Below are positions 26,150 through 35,509 of a DNA stretch of 50,014 nucleotides, piece after piece. The stretch is taken from NCBI GenBank assembly GCA_016866935.1, contig VGKS01000001.1, forward strand, positions 1 to 50,014. The letters run 5' to 3'. A program made the translations under genes and the position numbers. The DNA is from Candidatus Pacearchaeota archaeon (GTDB lineage: Archaea > Nanobdellota > Nanobdellia > Pacearchaeales > GW2011-AR1). Numbering within the stretch: position 1 is the stretch's first letter; the number at the start of each line of letters is the position of its first letter. The notes under the pieces were generated by a model. The model had not been told where the DNA came from, did not search any database, and worked only from the letters and a program-made list of their open reading frames with translations.

Positions 26150-27685
26150 CTAGATTTTGCTTAACTTCATTTTTTTAAGAAAACTTTTTACTAATGACAA
26201 ATCGTAGCGGTCTAGGCTTCCTATGGCAAATAATGCAAGGAAATAAATTAAAGAATAAACCACTAACATCATCAGTGAAGGAATTATGGCACTTATTCCA
26301 AGATAATATTTAATGAATAATAATAGGATCCCCATAATCAATGCAAGCCCGATTACTCTTATAGATAGTCTTCTGGCCAGCTTTATTCTTACATAATAAT
26401 AAGACTGGAATGTGGCTAAAAAGAATAAAATTATCCATACTATGCTTGTTGCCCAAGCTACTCCAGTCATCCCGTACTTTGTTACCAGAATAACCCCTAA
26501 AATTAGATTAATAGATCCGATAATTATAAGATTAAACAAGATAGTCCTTGATTTACCCTTCATAGAAAGAAGGTTTGTAGATATACTTGTTAATGAAGAG
26601 AAGATTCCTCCTATTGCAAGAATCCTTAAGGCAGGACTGGCGGACAAATACATATCTCCGAATAGAACAGATACCAAAGTTTCTGGGAATACAATCATCG
26701 CAGTGAATATAGGAACATTAAGAATTAATATCCATTTAGAGATCTGTTTGCTAATTTCTTCTATAACATTATCATTTTTCTTTGAATATTCCTTAAGAAT
26801 TAAAGGTAAGAAGAGCTGCATGAATAATTCAGGCGCAACCCCTAAGAGAGATACTATGGTAAATGCTGCCCCATAAATTCCTACACTAGAAACATCTAAA
26901 AAGTAACCTAAGACCAGGGAGTCTATCCAATAAACAAGAGATGCAATCAAACCTGCAAACATCATCGGCCACGAATAAGAGAATAGAGCTTTCCTAATGG
27001 GGGTTGTTTTTTCTTTATCAAGATTTTCTTCAGAGTATATCTTCTTTAGCATAACTCTTACAGTAAAATAGGCGAATATTGCCATTACAATTACCCCTAT
27101 CATATAAGATCCAACTATGGCTTGACTTCTGAAACCAAGAGATATAAGAAGAATTATCCCTAAAAGTTTTGAGAGATTGTGTACTACGTTTATTATCAAG
27201 GTGTAGCGGAATATTTGTTGTTTAGCCCTTATTATAGAAAGAAAGATATTAGAAACCAGTGTCAAAATTATTGTAAAGCTAAAAGCTTTAAGAAAAGGAG
27301 TAAGTTTTGGATCCCTAAATAGAGTTTCTGCGATATACTCTGAGGAAAAAAACATCAATACAGTGGCAACTAATGCAGAGATTAGAGTAATATTAATACA
27401 AATCCTAACCAGAAACTTCAATTTCTTGAAGTCTTTGCTGTAAATTGAAAAATATCTCAACAATCCGTCAGATAACCCTAATGACGCTGCAGTAGAAAAA
27501 AGAGTGACTATTACAATCGCAAGGGAAAATATACCATAAGATTCAGGACCGAAGTTTCTTGCAATAATAAATTTGTATATGTAAGTAAGCAATTTTGATA
27601 AAAAGACTCCTACAAATACTATTACGGATCCTTTTGCAAGAAGAGCCAGGGATTTACCAATTTCTTCTCCGTCTTTAGTTACCAT
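26150..27685 (-). CDS. Wzx-like oligosaccharide/polysaccharide flippase (MOP superfamily)
   Basis: 511 aa with about 14 hydrophobic helices. The N-terminal ..LAKGSVIVFVGVFLSKLLTYIYKFIIARNFGPESYG pattern is typical of polysaccharide biosynthesis (Wzx/RfbX) proteins. Confidence 0.7.
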   Translation of the reverse strand: MVTKDGEEIGKSLALLAKGSVIVFVGVFLSKLLTYIYKFIIARNFGPESYGIFSLAIVIVTLFSTAASLGLSDGLLRYFSIYSKDFKKLKFLVRICINITLISALVATVLMFFSSEYIAETLFRDPKLTPFLKAFSFTIILTLVSNIFLSIIRAKQQIFRYTLIINVVHNLSKLLGIILLISLGFRSQAIVGSYMIGVIVMAIFAYFTVRVMLKKIYSEENLDKEKTTPIRKALFSYSWPMMFAGLIASLVYWIDSLVLGYFLDVSSVGIYGAAFTIVSLLGVAPELFMQLFLPLILKEYSKKNDNVIEEISKQISKWILILNVPIFTAMIVFPETLVSVLFGDMYLSASPALRILAIGGIFSSLTSISTNLLSMKGKSRTILFNLIIIGSINLILGVILVTKYGMTGVAWATSIVWIILFFLATFQSYYYVRIKLARRLSIRVIGLALIMGILLLFIKYYLGISAIIPSLMMLVVYSLIYFLALFAIGSLDRYDLSLVKSFLKKMKLSKI

Positions 27686-27706
27686 TATTTATTTAATTCA
27701 AGGAGT

Positions 27707-27714
27707 TATTTAAA
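27707..27714 (-). promoter_or_regulatory. TATA box of the flippase gene
   Basis: TATTTAAA on the plus strand, with its centre 25.5 nt upstream of start 27685. Confidence 0.5.
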
Positions 27715-27725
27715 ACCCTTTAGGA

Positions 27726-29522
27726 CTAGGTTTTAATCATTTGATATAATATAACAAATAAAGATAATATGGAGAAGATTATTGCTAAGATAATGATTGT
27801 AAAAGAAGCATTATCAAGAAGACTGGAAAAAGGGTCAACAGTTTTATAATTAAAGGTATAATCATTCATATTTTTATACAAATAAGGTACGAAGTAAAAG
27901 CTTTGGGACTGTTTAATTTGTTCTAGAATGTTTTGAGGTATCCTAAGGTCCGCTGAATAAACCTTATAGTATTCTTGTGGAATTCCTGTAAATAACTCAT
28001 TTCCATTGAAACTAGGAGATTCTATTATTGAAACAACATCCGCTGTTTCTGCAATTGAATTAATAAAAGACTCTGAAGATGCGTTTAAATTAGGATTATT
28101 TGCCACCCATCCCCAGCCACAATCCTCTACAACACATTCTATAAAATAGACCTTCATTGGTGGAACTGCAGACATATTTTGTGCGAAAACTTGTTGAAAT
28201 AAGGGAACTGATTGCTCAAAATTCAAGTAAGTTTTATCTGTAGCCAACCACATTGAACGGGCAGTATAAATTCTAGAGTCAAATATAATTAAACTTGAGT
28301 CGCTTACTTTATAATTAATTAATGATTTAAGTTCTGCATTGGGTCCCTTGGAAAAATAGTGAGATGGGGTTCCGTTAGAGATACCTAAAAAATATATTGT
28401 AATAAGTAAGAATCCAAATAAGGCAATTATTTTTAGATTTTTAGTCTTTAAGTTGTTTAATGAATTACTTAGACCAAGGCCTGCTGGTATTGCTAGTAGA
28501 ATATACATAAATGCAAAGTGTTTTTGCAAAGGTGCTCCTGCACTTTGAAGGATAAATGGAATTAATAAGAATATAAGAACAAAAGAGAAAACCTTTCTAT
28601 TATTTTTGTATAAACTGAATAGCCCTATAATAGCAAATATTACTAAAACCGGGTCTGTAACTAGTGGAAGTTTATAGTTGTTGTAGTTTTTTAAGTTAAA
28701 TAAGTTATCAAAAAATGAGTTTTCTTGTCCTCCAAGACCACCATATAACTCTTGGGTTGCATTAAGATGAACTAGCCTACTAAAATAAACATCTACAATT
28801 CCTTTCTGATTATATAGAATGTAATTGAAGGATAAAAATGGAAAAGCAAATAGAATTAGTATTGCTAAGAATAAAAGGCAGTTTTTGACTGTTAAGAATT
28901 TATGTCCTTTAGAAAGACCACTATATAAGGCATATACTCCAAATGAAATTATAAAGAACGGGGCATTATATTTTGTTAATAATGCTAAACCAAAGAAAAT
29001 TGAAAATACTAAAAGAAGTCGATATGATGGTTTTTCCATAAACAACATTCCAAAATATATTCCTGAAAAAATAAAGAAAAATACAACCAAACTTTGTTCT
29101 GTAAATGTCATTCTTATCAAAAAACTAGAAAATGTTACAAACAACGCTACAAAAAAAGACTGTTTTTTATTTTTTAATAATTGATTAGAAATTAAGTAAG
29201 CCAGAGGAATAAGTAGAGTTCCTGCAATCATAGGCCAAAATCTTGCTGCGAATGTAGAATAACCAAATACATTGTAAGCGAGATCCGTCAAATAAAAGAA
29301 TAATGGAGGATTTGAATGTGTTGATATTATTTTTGCCCCAATTATTCCAGCGCTCTGGGATGCATATACCATATCATCTGCTAAAACATCTAAATTTATA
29401 GCTCCAATAAACCTCAAAATTAGCCCTATAAAAGTTAGGTAAAGGGTATATCTCGCGTATTTCGCTTCTTCTGAAAGAAACAAAAGTTTAATTCTTTTCT
29501 TTAAAGCATGAATTTTGCCCAT
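27726..29522 (-). CDS. Polytopic membrane glycosyltransferase, GT-C fold (ArnT/PMT_2-like)
   Basis: 598 aa with about 12 N-terminal TM helices, a soluble domain of about 200 aa and a terminal TM. An acidic first loop (LDVLADDMVYASQ) follows TM1. Confidence 0.6.
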   Translation of the reverse strand: MGKIHALKKRIKLLFLSEEAKYARYTLYLTFIGLILRFIGAINLDVLADDMVYASQSAGIIGAKIISTHSNPPLFFYLTDLAYNVFGYSTFAARFWPMIAGTLLIPLAYLISNQLLKNKKQSFFVALFVTFSSFLIRMTFTEQSLVVFFFIFSGIYFGMLFMEKPSYRLLLVFSIFFGLALLTKYNAPFFIISFGVYALYSGLSKGHKFLTVKNCLLFLAILILFAFPFLSFNYILYNQKGIVDVYFSRLVHLNATQELYGGLGGQENSFFDNLFNLKNYNNYKLPLVTDPVLVIFAIIGLFSLYKNNRKVFSFVLIFLLIPFILQSAGAPLQKHFAFMYILLAIPAGLGLSNSLNNLKTKNLKIIALFGFLLITIYFLGISNGTPSHYFSKGPNAELKSLINYKVSDSSLIIFDSRIYTARSMWLATDKTYLNFEQSVPLFQQVFAQNMSAVPPMKVYFIECVVEDCGWGWVANNPNLNASSESFINSIAETADVVSIIESPSFNGNELFTGIPQEYYKVYSADLRIPQNILEQIKQSQSFYFVPYLYKNMNDYTFNYKTVDPFSSLLDNASFTIIILAIIFSILSLFVILYQMIKT

Positions 29523-29542
29523 ATATTCTGGAAATTAAGTTC

Positions 29543-29550
29543 ATTTAAAT
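29543..29550. promoter_or_regulatory. Single palindromic TATA box shared by divergent genes
   Basis: ATTTAAAT sits at the midpoint of the 50-nt spacer 29523-29572. Its centre is 24.5 nt from start 29522 (-) and 26.5 nt from ATG 29573 (+). Confidence 0.55.
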
Positions 29551-29572
29551 AGTTATTTTATCCTCACCTAGA

Positions 29573-30313
29573 ATGGTTAAAGAAAAATCAAGAAACGAGT
29601 TTGCAAAGTTCTTTAGTTCAAATGATTATATAAAACTTAAAAACCAATTGTTCAATTATAAATTTAGAAAATATATGCTAGCCACTGCTTATAAAAAACA
29701 TTCGGGCCAAAAAGAAAAGATAATACTTGATGTTGGATGCGGCATTTCTCCAGTTTCTCCAGATTATCATAAAACAGTTTTTATTGATTCTGATAAAAAT
29801 GCAATGAAATTACTAAAAAGTTCTGGAAAAAAGACTTTATTAGGAGATGTAGAAAAGATTCCGGTAAGAACTGGGTATGCTAATGCTCTGTTTTCCTCAG
29901 AAGTTCTTGAACACGTTCCAAATTATAAGAAAGGAATAAAGGAATTTTATAGGGTTCTGAAAAAAGATGGACTATTATTTATTACTGTTCCAACCCATAT
30001 GAAATATTGGGCTTTTGACGACGATTATGTTGGTCATTTAAGGAGATTTGACCCTTATAAATTGGCAAATGAAATTAGACATGAAGGCTTTGATATATTA
30101 GAAAATAAACCAATTGGAAGTTTAATAGAAAGGGAATTGACTAAGCTTTTAGTTAGAAAAGCTATGAAGGGGGATAATCAGAAGATAGGAAGAATAAAAA
30201 TGAAAGCATTTGGTGCTATAAACAAAGTACTCTTTGGATTAATATGGACAGCTCACATATTAAACAATCATAAAAATTCAAGCATTGTAATGATTGTGGC
30301 TAGAAAGAAATAA
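29573..30313 (+). CDS. Class I SAM-dependent methyltransferase (type 11-like)
   Basis: ILDVGCGISP motif I, SSEVLEHV, and KKDGLLFITVP. Confidence 0.7.
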   Translation: MVKEKSRNEFAKFFSSNDYIKLKNQLFNYKFRKYMLATAYKKHSGQKEKIILDVGCGISPVSPDYHKTVFIDSDKNAMKLLKSSGKKTLLGDVEKIPVRTGYANALFSSEVLEHVPNYKKGIKEFYRVLKKDGLLFITVPTHMKYWAFDDDYVGHLRRFDPYKLANEIRHEGFDILENKPIGSLIERELTKLLVRKAMKGDNQKIGRIKMKAFGAINKVLFGLIWTAHILNNHKNSSIVMIVARKK

Positions 30314-30314
30314 A

Positions 30315-31085
30315 TTATTTCTTGAAATTATTTAGGTCGTATTTCGGATAAGATCTAATTTTATACTTTGTAAGCATATATTTCAATAACTCTCTTAGAA
30401 TTTTAAGGCCATAACTTATTACTTTAACATTGCATTTCTCGTCTCCGTAAAATGTAGGAATGACTATTTCTCTTATTTTCTTCTTAGATCTAACGAATTG
30501 CATTATTATTTCTGAGTCAAAATGAAATCCATCAGAATCTAGATTAAGAGGAATTTTTTTGAGAGCTTGTAATGAGTAAGCTCTAAAACCTGAGTGGAAC
30601 TCAGTTAATCTTGTTCTTAGAACAGTATTCTCTATTGTTGTTAGGAAAATATTTCCTAAATATTTGTATATTGGCATTCCTCCTTTTATAGGGTGTCCAG
30701 CCATTCTTGAGCCGAATACAAAATCAGCATTATTTTCTTCTATTGGTTTTATTAATTTCATAATATACTCTGGAGGATATTGGGCATCTCCGTGAATCAT
30801 TACTACAATATCATATCCTTTCTTCATTGCGTAATTGTATCCCCACTTTTGGTTTCCACCGTATCCTTTATTCTTTTGGTGTTTTATTATAGTCAAGTTC
30901 TTTTTTTTGTTTCTTAGTTTATATTCATTGGCTACAATTGAAGTAAAATCCTTTGATGAGTCATCTGCTATAACTACTTCTGAACATCTTTTCCAGACTT
31001 CTGAAGGCATTCTATCTAAAAGAGATTTTATAGTGGCTTCTGCATTGTATGCAACAACTAAAACCATTAATTTTTTCTTGACCAT
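30315..31085 (-). CDS. Glycosyltransferase family 2 (DPM1-like)
   Basis: LMVLVVAYNAEATI, VVIADDSSKD, NKGYGGNQK and IHGDAQYPPE motifs. Confidence 0.8.
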   Translation of the reverse strand: MVKKKLMVLVVAYNAEATIKSLLDRMPSEVWKRCSEVVIADDSSKDFTSIVANEYKLRNKKKNLTIIKHQKNKGYGGNQKWGYNYAMKKGYDIVVMIHGDAQYPPEYIMKLIKPIEENNADFVFGSRMAGHPIKGGMPIYKYLGNIFLTTIENTVLRTRLTEFHSGFRAYSLQALKKIPLNLDSDGFHFDSEIIMQFVRSKKKIREIVIPTFYGDEKCNVKVISYGLKILRELLKYMLTKYKIRSYPKYDLNNFKK

Positions 31086-31105
31086 AAAATTAGAAATTTT
31101 GAGCC

Positions 31106-31114
31106 TATAAAAAA
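31106..31114 (-). promoter_or_regulatory. TATA box of GT2 gene 30315-31085
   Basis: TATAAAAAA on the plus strand, with its centre about 25 nt upstream of start 31085. Confidence 0.45.
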
Positions 31115-31126
31115 CCTGTTATAATC

Positions 31127-31134
31127 TTTAAATA
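31127..31134 (+). promoter_or_regulatory. TATA box of the FAD oxidoreductase gene
   Basis: TTTAAATA, with its centre 25.5 nt upstream of ATG 31156. Confidence 0.5.
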
Positions 31135-31155
31135 TGGTAATTGTGCATCAATTCC

Positions 31156-32331
31156 ATGAAATATGTCATAATCGGTTCTGGGGTAATTGGTTCTGCTATC
31201 GCTAGAGAACTTGTAAGCAGAAAAATTGGAGACGTATTAGTCTTGGATAAAGAATCACTTCCTGCACAACACACCTCTGGAAGAAATTCTGGAGTAATCC
31301 ACTCCGGGTTAAATCAGAAACCTGGGAGTCTAAAGGCTAGATTATGTCTGCAAGGCAGTAGCATGCTTAGACGCTATTGTCGCGAAAATGGTGTACCTAT
31401 AGAAGAGTGCGGAACAATATTGGTTGCTAACGATAATGATGAAAGAAGAAGACTTAGAGAATTAGAGAGTTCTGCTGTTGCTTGTGGAGTTCCAGGTGTA
31501 AGAATAATATCTAAGGATGAGCTAAAAGAGCGCGAGCCCTTTGCTCGTGGTCTCGAAGGACTATTTTCTCCAACAGGGGCGATTGTTGCCAGCAGTAAAC
31601 TTGTTTATGCTTTAATGAGGGATGCTGAGTATAATGGAGCCGCATACCAATTTGATACAGAAGTTACTAGAATAGGTGAAAAAGAAATTGACACCTCAAA
31701 AGGAAAAATATGTTTTGACTTTTTGATTAATTGCGGAGGGTTACATGCAGATAACTTAGCACATACCGCGGGTTTAGGGAGGGGTTACTCAGTAATACCT
31801 TTTAGAGGGGATTATAGAGAAGTTGAAGCCAAGGTTAATGGCATGATTTACCACGTACCAGATCTTAGATTTCCATTTTTAGGAGTACACCTGACTAAGA
31901 CAGTTGATCAAAAAGTTATAGCTGGACCTACTGCCACACTATCCCTTGCAGGAAGGGAGGGTTATGCTAGAGGATTTAAAAGTAGATTCTTTTTAGAAAC
32001 TGCAAATTCGCTTGGATTTTGGATGTGGGCTGCTAGAACTCTTTCTAGCGGATCTCAACTAAGACAAGTAGTGCATAATCTGAAAATCTCGAGAGACGAA
32101 GAAGCTTTTTTGGCAGATGTAGCTCAAATTTACACTGGAGAGGTTCAACTAAAAGATAATTATAGATCTGGAATTCGCCCGCAAATAGTTAACCGAGGTG
32201 GTAGGCTTGTAGAGGATTTCCTAATTGATAGATCTGACTGTCAGTTACACATCCTAAATGCAGTCTCTCCTGGTTTTACTGCAAGCCTTGCATTTGCCAA
32301 ATATGTTGTTGACAACTACGCCACCAGATAA
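31156..32331 (+). CDS. FAD-dependent oxidoreductase, L-2-hydroxyglutarate oxidase (LhgO)-like
   Basis: KYVIIGSGVIGSAIARE dinucleotide-binding motif and GRNSGVIHSGLNQKPGSLKARLC as in the LhgO/DAO family. The ORF track starts at TTG 31141; ATG 31156 fits the promoter spacing. Confidence 0.7.
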   Translation: MKYVIIGSGVIGSAIARELVSRKIGDVLVLDKESLPAQHTSGRNSGVIHSGLNQKPGSLKARLCLQGSSMLRRYCRENGVPIEECGTILVANDNDERRRLRELESSAVACGVPGVRIISKDELKEREPFARGLEGLFSPTGAIVASSKLVYALMRDAEYNGAAYQFDTEVTRIGEKEIDTSKGKICFDFLINCGGLHADNLAHTAGLGRGYSVIPFRGDYREVEAKVNGMIYHVPDLRFPFLGVHLTKTVDQKVIAGPTATLSLAGREGYARGFKSRFFLETANSLGFWMWAARTLSSGSQLRQVVHNLKISRDEEAFLADVAQIYTGEVQLKDNYRSGIRPQIVNRGGRLVEDFLIDRSDCQLHILNAVSPGFTASLAFAKYVVDNYATR

Positions 32332-32339
32332 TTTTTAAA
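32332..32339 (+). promoter_or_regulatory. TATA box of the small membrane protein gene
   Basis: TTTTTAAA, with its centre 25.5 nt upstream of ATG 32361. Confidence 0.45.
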
Positions 32340-32360
32340 TTGCAGATTAACAAAAATATA

Positions 32361-32639
32361 ATGGTACTAGTGAAGATCTTAGGCTTAATTGATTTTATTG
32401 CAGCCATCATTTTTCTATGCATGATATTTTCTCTTGACTTACCATTACAATTGCTGCTTGTAACAGGAGGACTATTATTTATGAAAAGTTTATTTATATT
32501 GAAAGGTGACTTCTTAAGCGCTATAGATTTAGTAGCTTCTATAACTCTTTTTGTAGGTATTTTCTTTATGCCCTGGGCTTTTTTACTTTGGATATTAAGC
32601 CTTTTCCTTATGTCTAAGGGAGCGGCTAGTTTTCTATAA
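32361..32639 (+). CDS. Small membrane protein (3 predicted TM helices), function unknown
   Basis: Hydrophobic 92-aa ORF. The start is moved from TTG 32340 to ATG 32361 on promoter spacing. Confidence 0.45.
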   Translation: MVLVKILGLIDFIAAIIFLCMIFSLDLPLQLLLVTGGLLFMKSLFILKGDFLSAIDLVASITLFVGIFFMPWAFLLWILSLFLMSKGAASFL

Positions 32640-32640
32640 T

Positions 32641-33084
32641 TTATAAGATAAGAGTTCTTAATTTTCTAATAGCAAAGAACTCTCTGGAATCTAAAACGTC
32701 ATGTCTAACCATCCAAACTAAATCTAGTAGTGAATGGAATATCATTCCTATGAAAATGAAATAGAATGGTGAGAAAAATAGAGCGATTACACCAATAAGG
32801 AGATGGGCTTCTATCGTATGAAAAAAGTGAAAGTCTCCTTTTTCACACATACCTAAATCTGATTTTTGTTCTAATATTTGGTCTCTTCTTTCATATCCGT
32901 GATTTAATGCTTCTATAGGGTTCCATTTTTTATGCACAAAAGCAGAATAAAGATAATGGTCGAAATCTGTGAATACAGATGCAAACCAAATAAGAAAAAC
33001 AGAAATATAACTGGTTTCTGGAGAGATGAGTTTAAAGATTATACAAAATACTATTCCGAATAATATGTGCCAGCGTGGAAGCAT
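32641..33084 (-). CDS. Membrane-bound metal-dependent hydrolase-like protein (YdjM/DUF457-like)
   Basis: 4 TM helices with conserved-looking H (RWHILFG), DFDHY and HSLLD motifs. It lies directly downstream of secD. Confidence 0.45.
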   Translation of the reverse strand: MLPRWHILFGIVFCIIFKLISPETSYISVFLIWFASVFTDFDHYLYSAFVHKKWNPIEALNHGYERRDQILEQKSDLGMCEKGDFHFFHTIEAHLLIGVIALFFSPFYFIFIGMIFHSLLDLVWMVRHDVLDSREFFAIRKLRTLIL

Positions 33085-34602
33085 TTATTTTTCACCTATC
33101 TTTCTGATTATATCAGCAAAGGCTGGGCGTGTTATTAATATTCCTACGCTTACTCCAACAATAGTAGTTAAAGCGAATCCCTTAAGCATTCCTGCACCTG
33201 TCCAGAATAATGGCAACATAGATGCAACATTTGTTGCGAAAGATCCTAAGATAATAAAGAATGCAAGTTTTATTCCTTCTCTAAAATTAGATTGTTCATT
33301 CTTTTTTGAAGCATCAAGCAATATTATCTGGTCTCCGACTCCTGTTCCTATTCCTGCAATTATTCCTGCAATACCAGGGGCATCTAAATTCCAGCCCAAT
33401 AATGATGCTATTCCTAAAGTAATAAAGGCTTCTGAAAACATAGTTAATATAACTGATAAAGAAAGATTGACTTTTCTATATCTAACAAATATTATAATTG
33501 AAACTAGTAAGAAAACGGCTATTCCTAATAAGATTAAACTCTTTGTGAATTCCTTACCTAATGCAGGTGAGATTGTATCTATTTTTATAATTTCTAATTT
33601 GTAAGGTAGACTTCCTGTAATTAAAATTGTTTGAAGCTTATGCATTTGGATTCTTGCATCTGCAACTGCTAGATCTGAAGTAGTTCCAGTACCTGAACCT
33701 TGAATAGAAATCTGAGTCGTTACTTGACCTTTAAGGCCTGAACTAATTCTTAACTGATCAACTATTTCTCCATCTAAAATAAGAGTCAAATTTTCTGTAA
33801 GATATTGGCCGCCTGATGACGAGTCTAGAGGTATTGATCTTGTTATATCTGCATGGCGTTGTGCAGCTTCTGCACTCAAAGTTATAGTGAAACTGAATCT
33901 ACTTGCATATGTGCCATCACCCAATGGTTCTGCAGCATATACTGCTGATTGAGTTGCATCATTTCTAAATACATGAGTTATGTCTTCGTTTCCTCCGGTA
34001 AAGGCAGTCACATTACCTATTTTTGCTTCAAACTTTCCTTGTTCAGATATTAATGAACGAAGATTCTCTGGAGTAGCTCCTGCAACTTCTATTAAAAGAT
34101 ATCTTGCCCCTCCTAAATCGCTGACAGGTCTTACAATTATATCTCTAAGACCGAAAACATTAAGTCTCTGGCTTGTTATATCTGCTAAGTCTTGTAATTC
34201 TTCTTGGTTTAATGTAACGTTTTGTGCAGATATAATTGCTCTAGCACCTCCGCTTAAATCTAAGCCAGTCTTAATTTTAGATCTGGGCAAATTATCTACT
34301 GTAATGTAAGATATATTTTCGTCTAAAAATATGAAAGAGTCTTTATCTGTAATTATAGAAATTCTTTTATCTTCAGAACCATTCAGTAGTTTTTCAGATG
34401 CTATAGAATAATCTTCTAAAGAGTTTATTTTTTGAGAATTTATTTCTCTAATTATCATTCCAGGTCTTAGTCCTGATTCAAAAGCTTTTGATTCCGTATC
34501 TAAATTTTTGACCTCAATCCCACTCTTAAGAGTTGGAGATATCATTAACAAGGATAGGATTAACATAATTATCAATACCCAAATACGAAATGTAAGTTTC
34601 AT
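33085..34602 (-). CDS. secD: Protein-export membrane protein SecD
   Basis: N-terminal TM, a large periplasmic-type domain with GLDLSGGARA, and a C-terminal 5-TM bundle. ATGA overlap with secF. Confidence 0.85.
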   Translation of the reverse strand: MKLTFRIWVLIIMLILSLLMISPTLKSGIEVKNLDTESKAFESGLRPGMIIREINSQKINSLEDYSIASEKLLNGSEDKRISIITDKDSFIFLDENISYITVDNLPRSKIKTGLDLSGGARAIISAQNVTLNQEELQDLADITSQRLNVFGLRDIIVRPVSDLGGARYLLIEVAGATPENLRSLISEQGKFEAKIGNVTAFTGGNEDITHVFRNDATQSAVYAAEPLGDGTYASRFSFTITLSAEAAQRHADITRSIPLDSSSGGQYLTENLTLILDGEIVDQLRISSGLKGQVTTQISIQGSGTGTTSDLAVADARIQMHKLQTILITGSLPYKLEIIKIDTISPALGKEFTKSLILLGIAVFLLVSIIIFVRYRKVNLSLSVILTMFSEAFITLGIASLLGWNLDAPGIAGIIAGIGTGVGDQIILLDASKKNEQSNFREGIKLAFFIILGSFATNVASMLPLFWTGAGMLKGFALTTIVGVSVGILITRPAFADIIRKIGEK

Positions 34603-35501
34603 TTTTTACGCTCCTCATACCACTTTAGGACAGCTGCATTAAACAACCATGTGTTGATTATATCAGCACATAATCCGAAACTAAGAATTAAGAATATTTG
34701 TCTGAATGAATCTGGTAAACCAGTTACTAAGAAGAATGCAGGAAGAAGAGCAATTAGAGCTGTACCTGTAATGAAAATACCTGTCTTGAATGCCCCAAAT
34801 ATTCTTTGATTGACTGTACCCTCTCTTCTTTTCAAAACACGGCTTGTCAATAATATGTCTGTGTCTACACTATAACCCATAAGCATTAGAAACGCTGCAA
34901 TTCCTGCCGCAGATAATTTAATTCCCAAGGCATCTACTAATGCTAAAGGCATTATTATATTCCCTAAAACCGCTACAACTATTGCTGCACTACGAATAAG
35001 CTGTCTAAATAGGAAGAAAACAACTATGCTTATCAAAACAAAAGAAATAATTATTGCAATTATTAGTTGTTTATAGAAATTAGCGCTTAAACTTGAACCT
35101 GTGAATTCTATGCTGGAATTGTTTGCAGTTAATTCAAATCCTAAAAATTCTTCTACGGCAGATTTTAACTCCTCTGGTTGAGATGTTGTATCTATAATTA
35201 GAGCTACTAATCTTCCTGAAGTTAGATCTCTAATTTCCCTAATGCTTAAATCTGAAAATTCCTTTTCTAAAAAGGCCCTAAGATCTTCTATAGGGACATC
35301 TACATTGTTTAATGTTAAAGTTGTTCCACCTGCTAAAGTAGAATCTTTGTAAATAAATTCTCCATTCTTAGAATAAAACACCCCAAGATAAACTAAAGAA
35401 ATAACTAATAGAATTACAGGTATAAAAAAGAGTAATTTGTACCTCTTTTCATACCAAGCTTCGAATTTACTCGTAGTATTTAATTGTTGGGTATTTTCCA
35501 T
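34599..35501 (-). CDS. secF: Protein-export membrane protein SecF
   Basis: SecF-type topology (TM, a loop of about 100 aa, then 5 TM). The ORF-track N-terminus (35502-35567) is a read-through of tRNA-Gly; the true start is MENTQQ.. at 35501. Confidence 0.85.
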   Translation of the reverse strand: MENTQQLNTTSKFEAWYEKRYKLLFFIPVILLVISLVYLGVFYSKNGEFIYKDSTLAGGTTLTLNNVDVPIEDLRAFLEKEFSDLSIREIRDLTSGRLVALIIDTTSQPEELKSAVEEFLGFELTANNSSIEFTGSSLSANFYKQLIIAIIISFVLISIVVFFLFRQLIRSAAIVVAVLGNIIMPLALVDALGIKLSAAGIAAFLMLMGYSVDTDILLTSRVLKRREGTVNQRIFGAFKTGIFITGTALIALLPAFFLVTGLPDSFRQIFLILSFGLCADIINTWLFNAAVLKWYEERKK

Positions 35502-35509
35502 TTTTTGAA

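Noticed and set aside
26412-26876. 154-aa plus-strand ORF, together with the many 60-140-aa antisense ORFs in the track. Examples are 961-1389, 6043-6339, 13363-13644, 24896-25213, 28825-29184, 41597-41881 and 44692-45000.
   Set aside because: All are embedded antisense or out of frame within longer ORFs that carry clear family motifs. Such shadow ORFs are expected in AT-rich DNA that is poor in stops on the opposite strand.
33026-33604. 192-aa plus-strand ORF.
   Set aside because: It is antisense to the well-supported secD gene. It has low-complexity I/P/A/N-rich content, no promoter at the expected distance and no recognisable domain.
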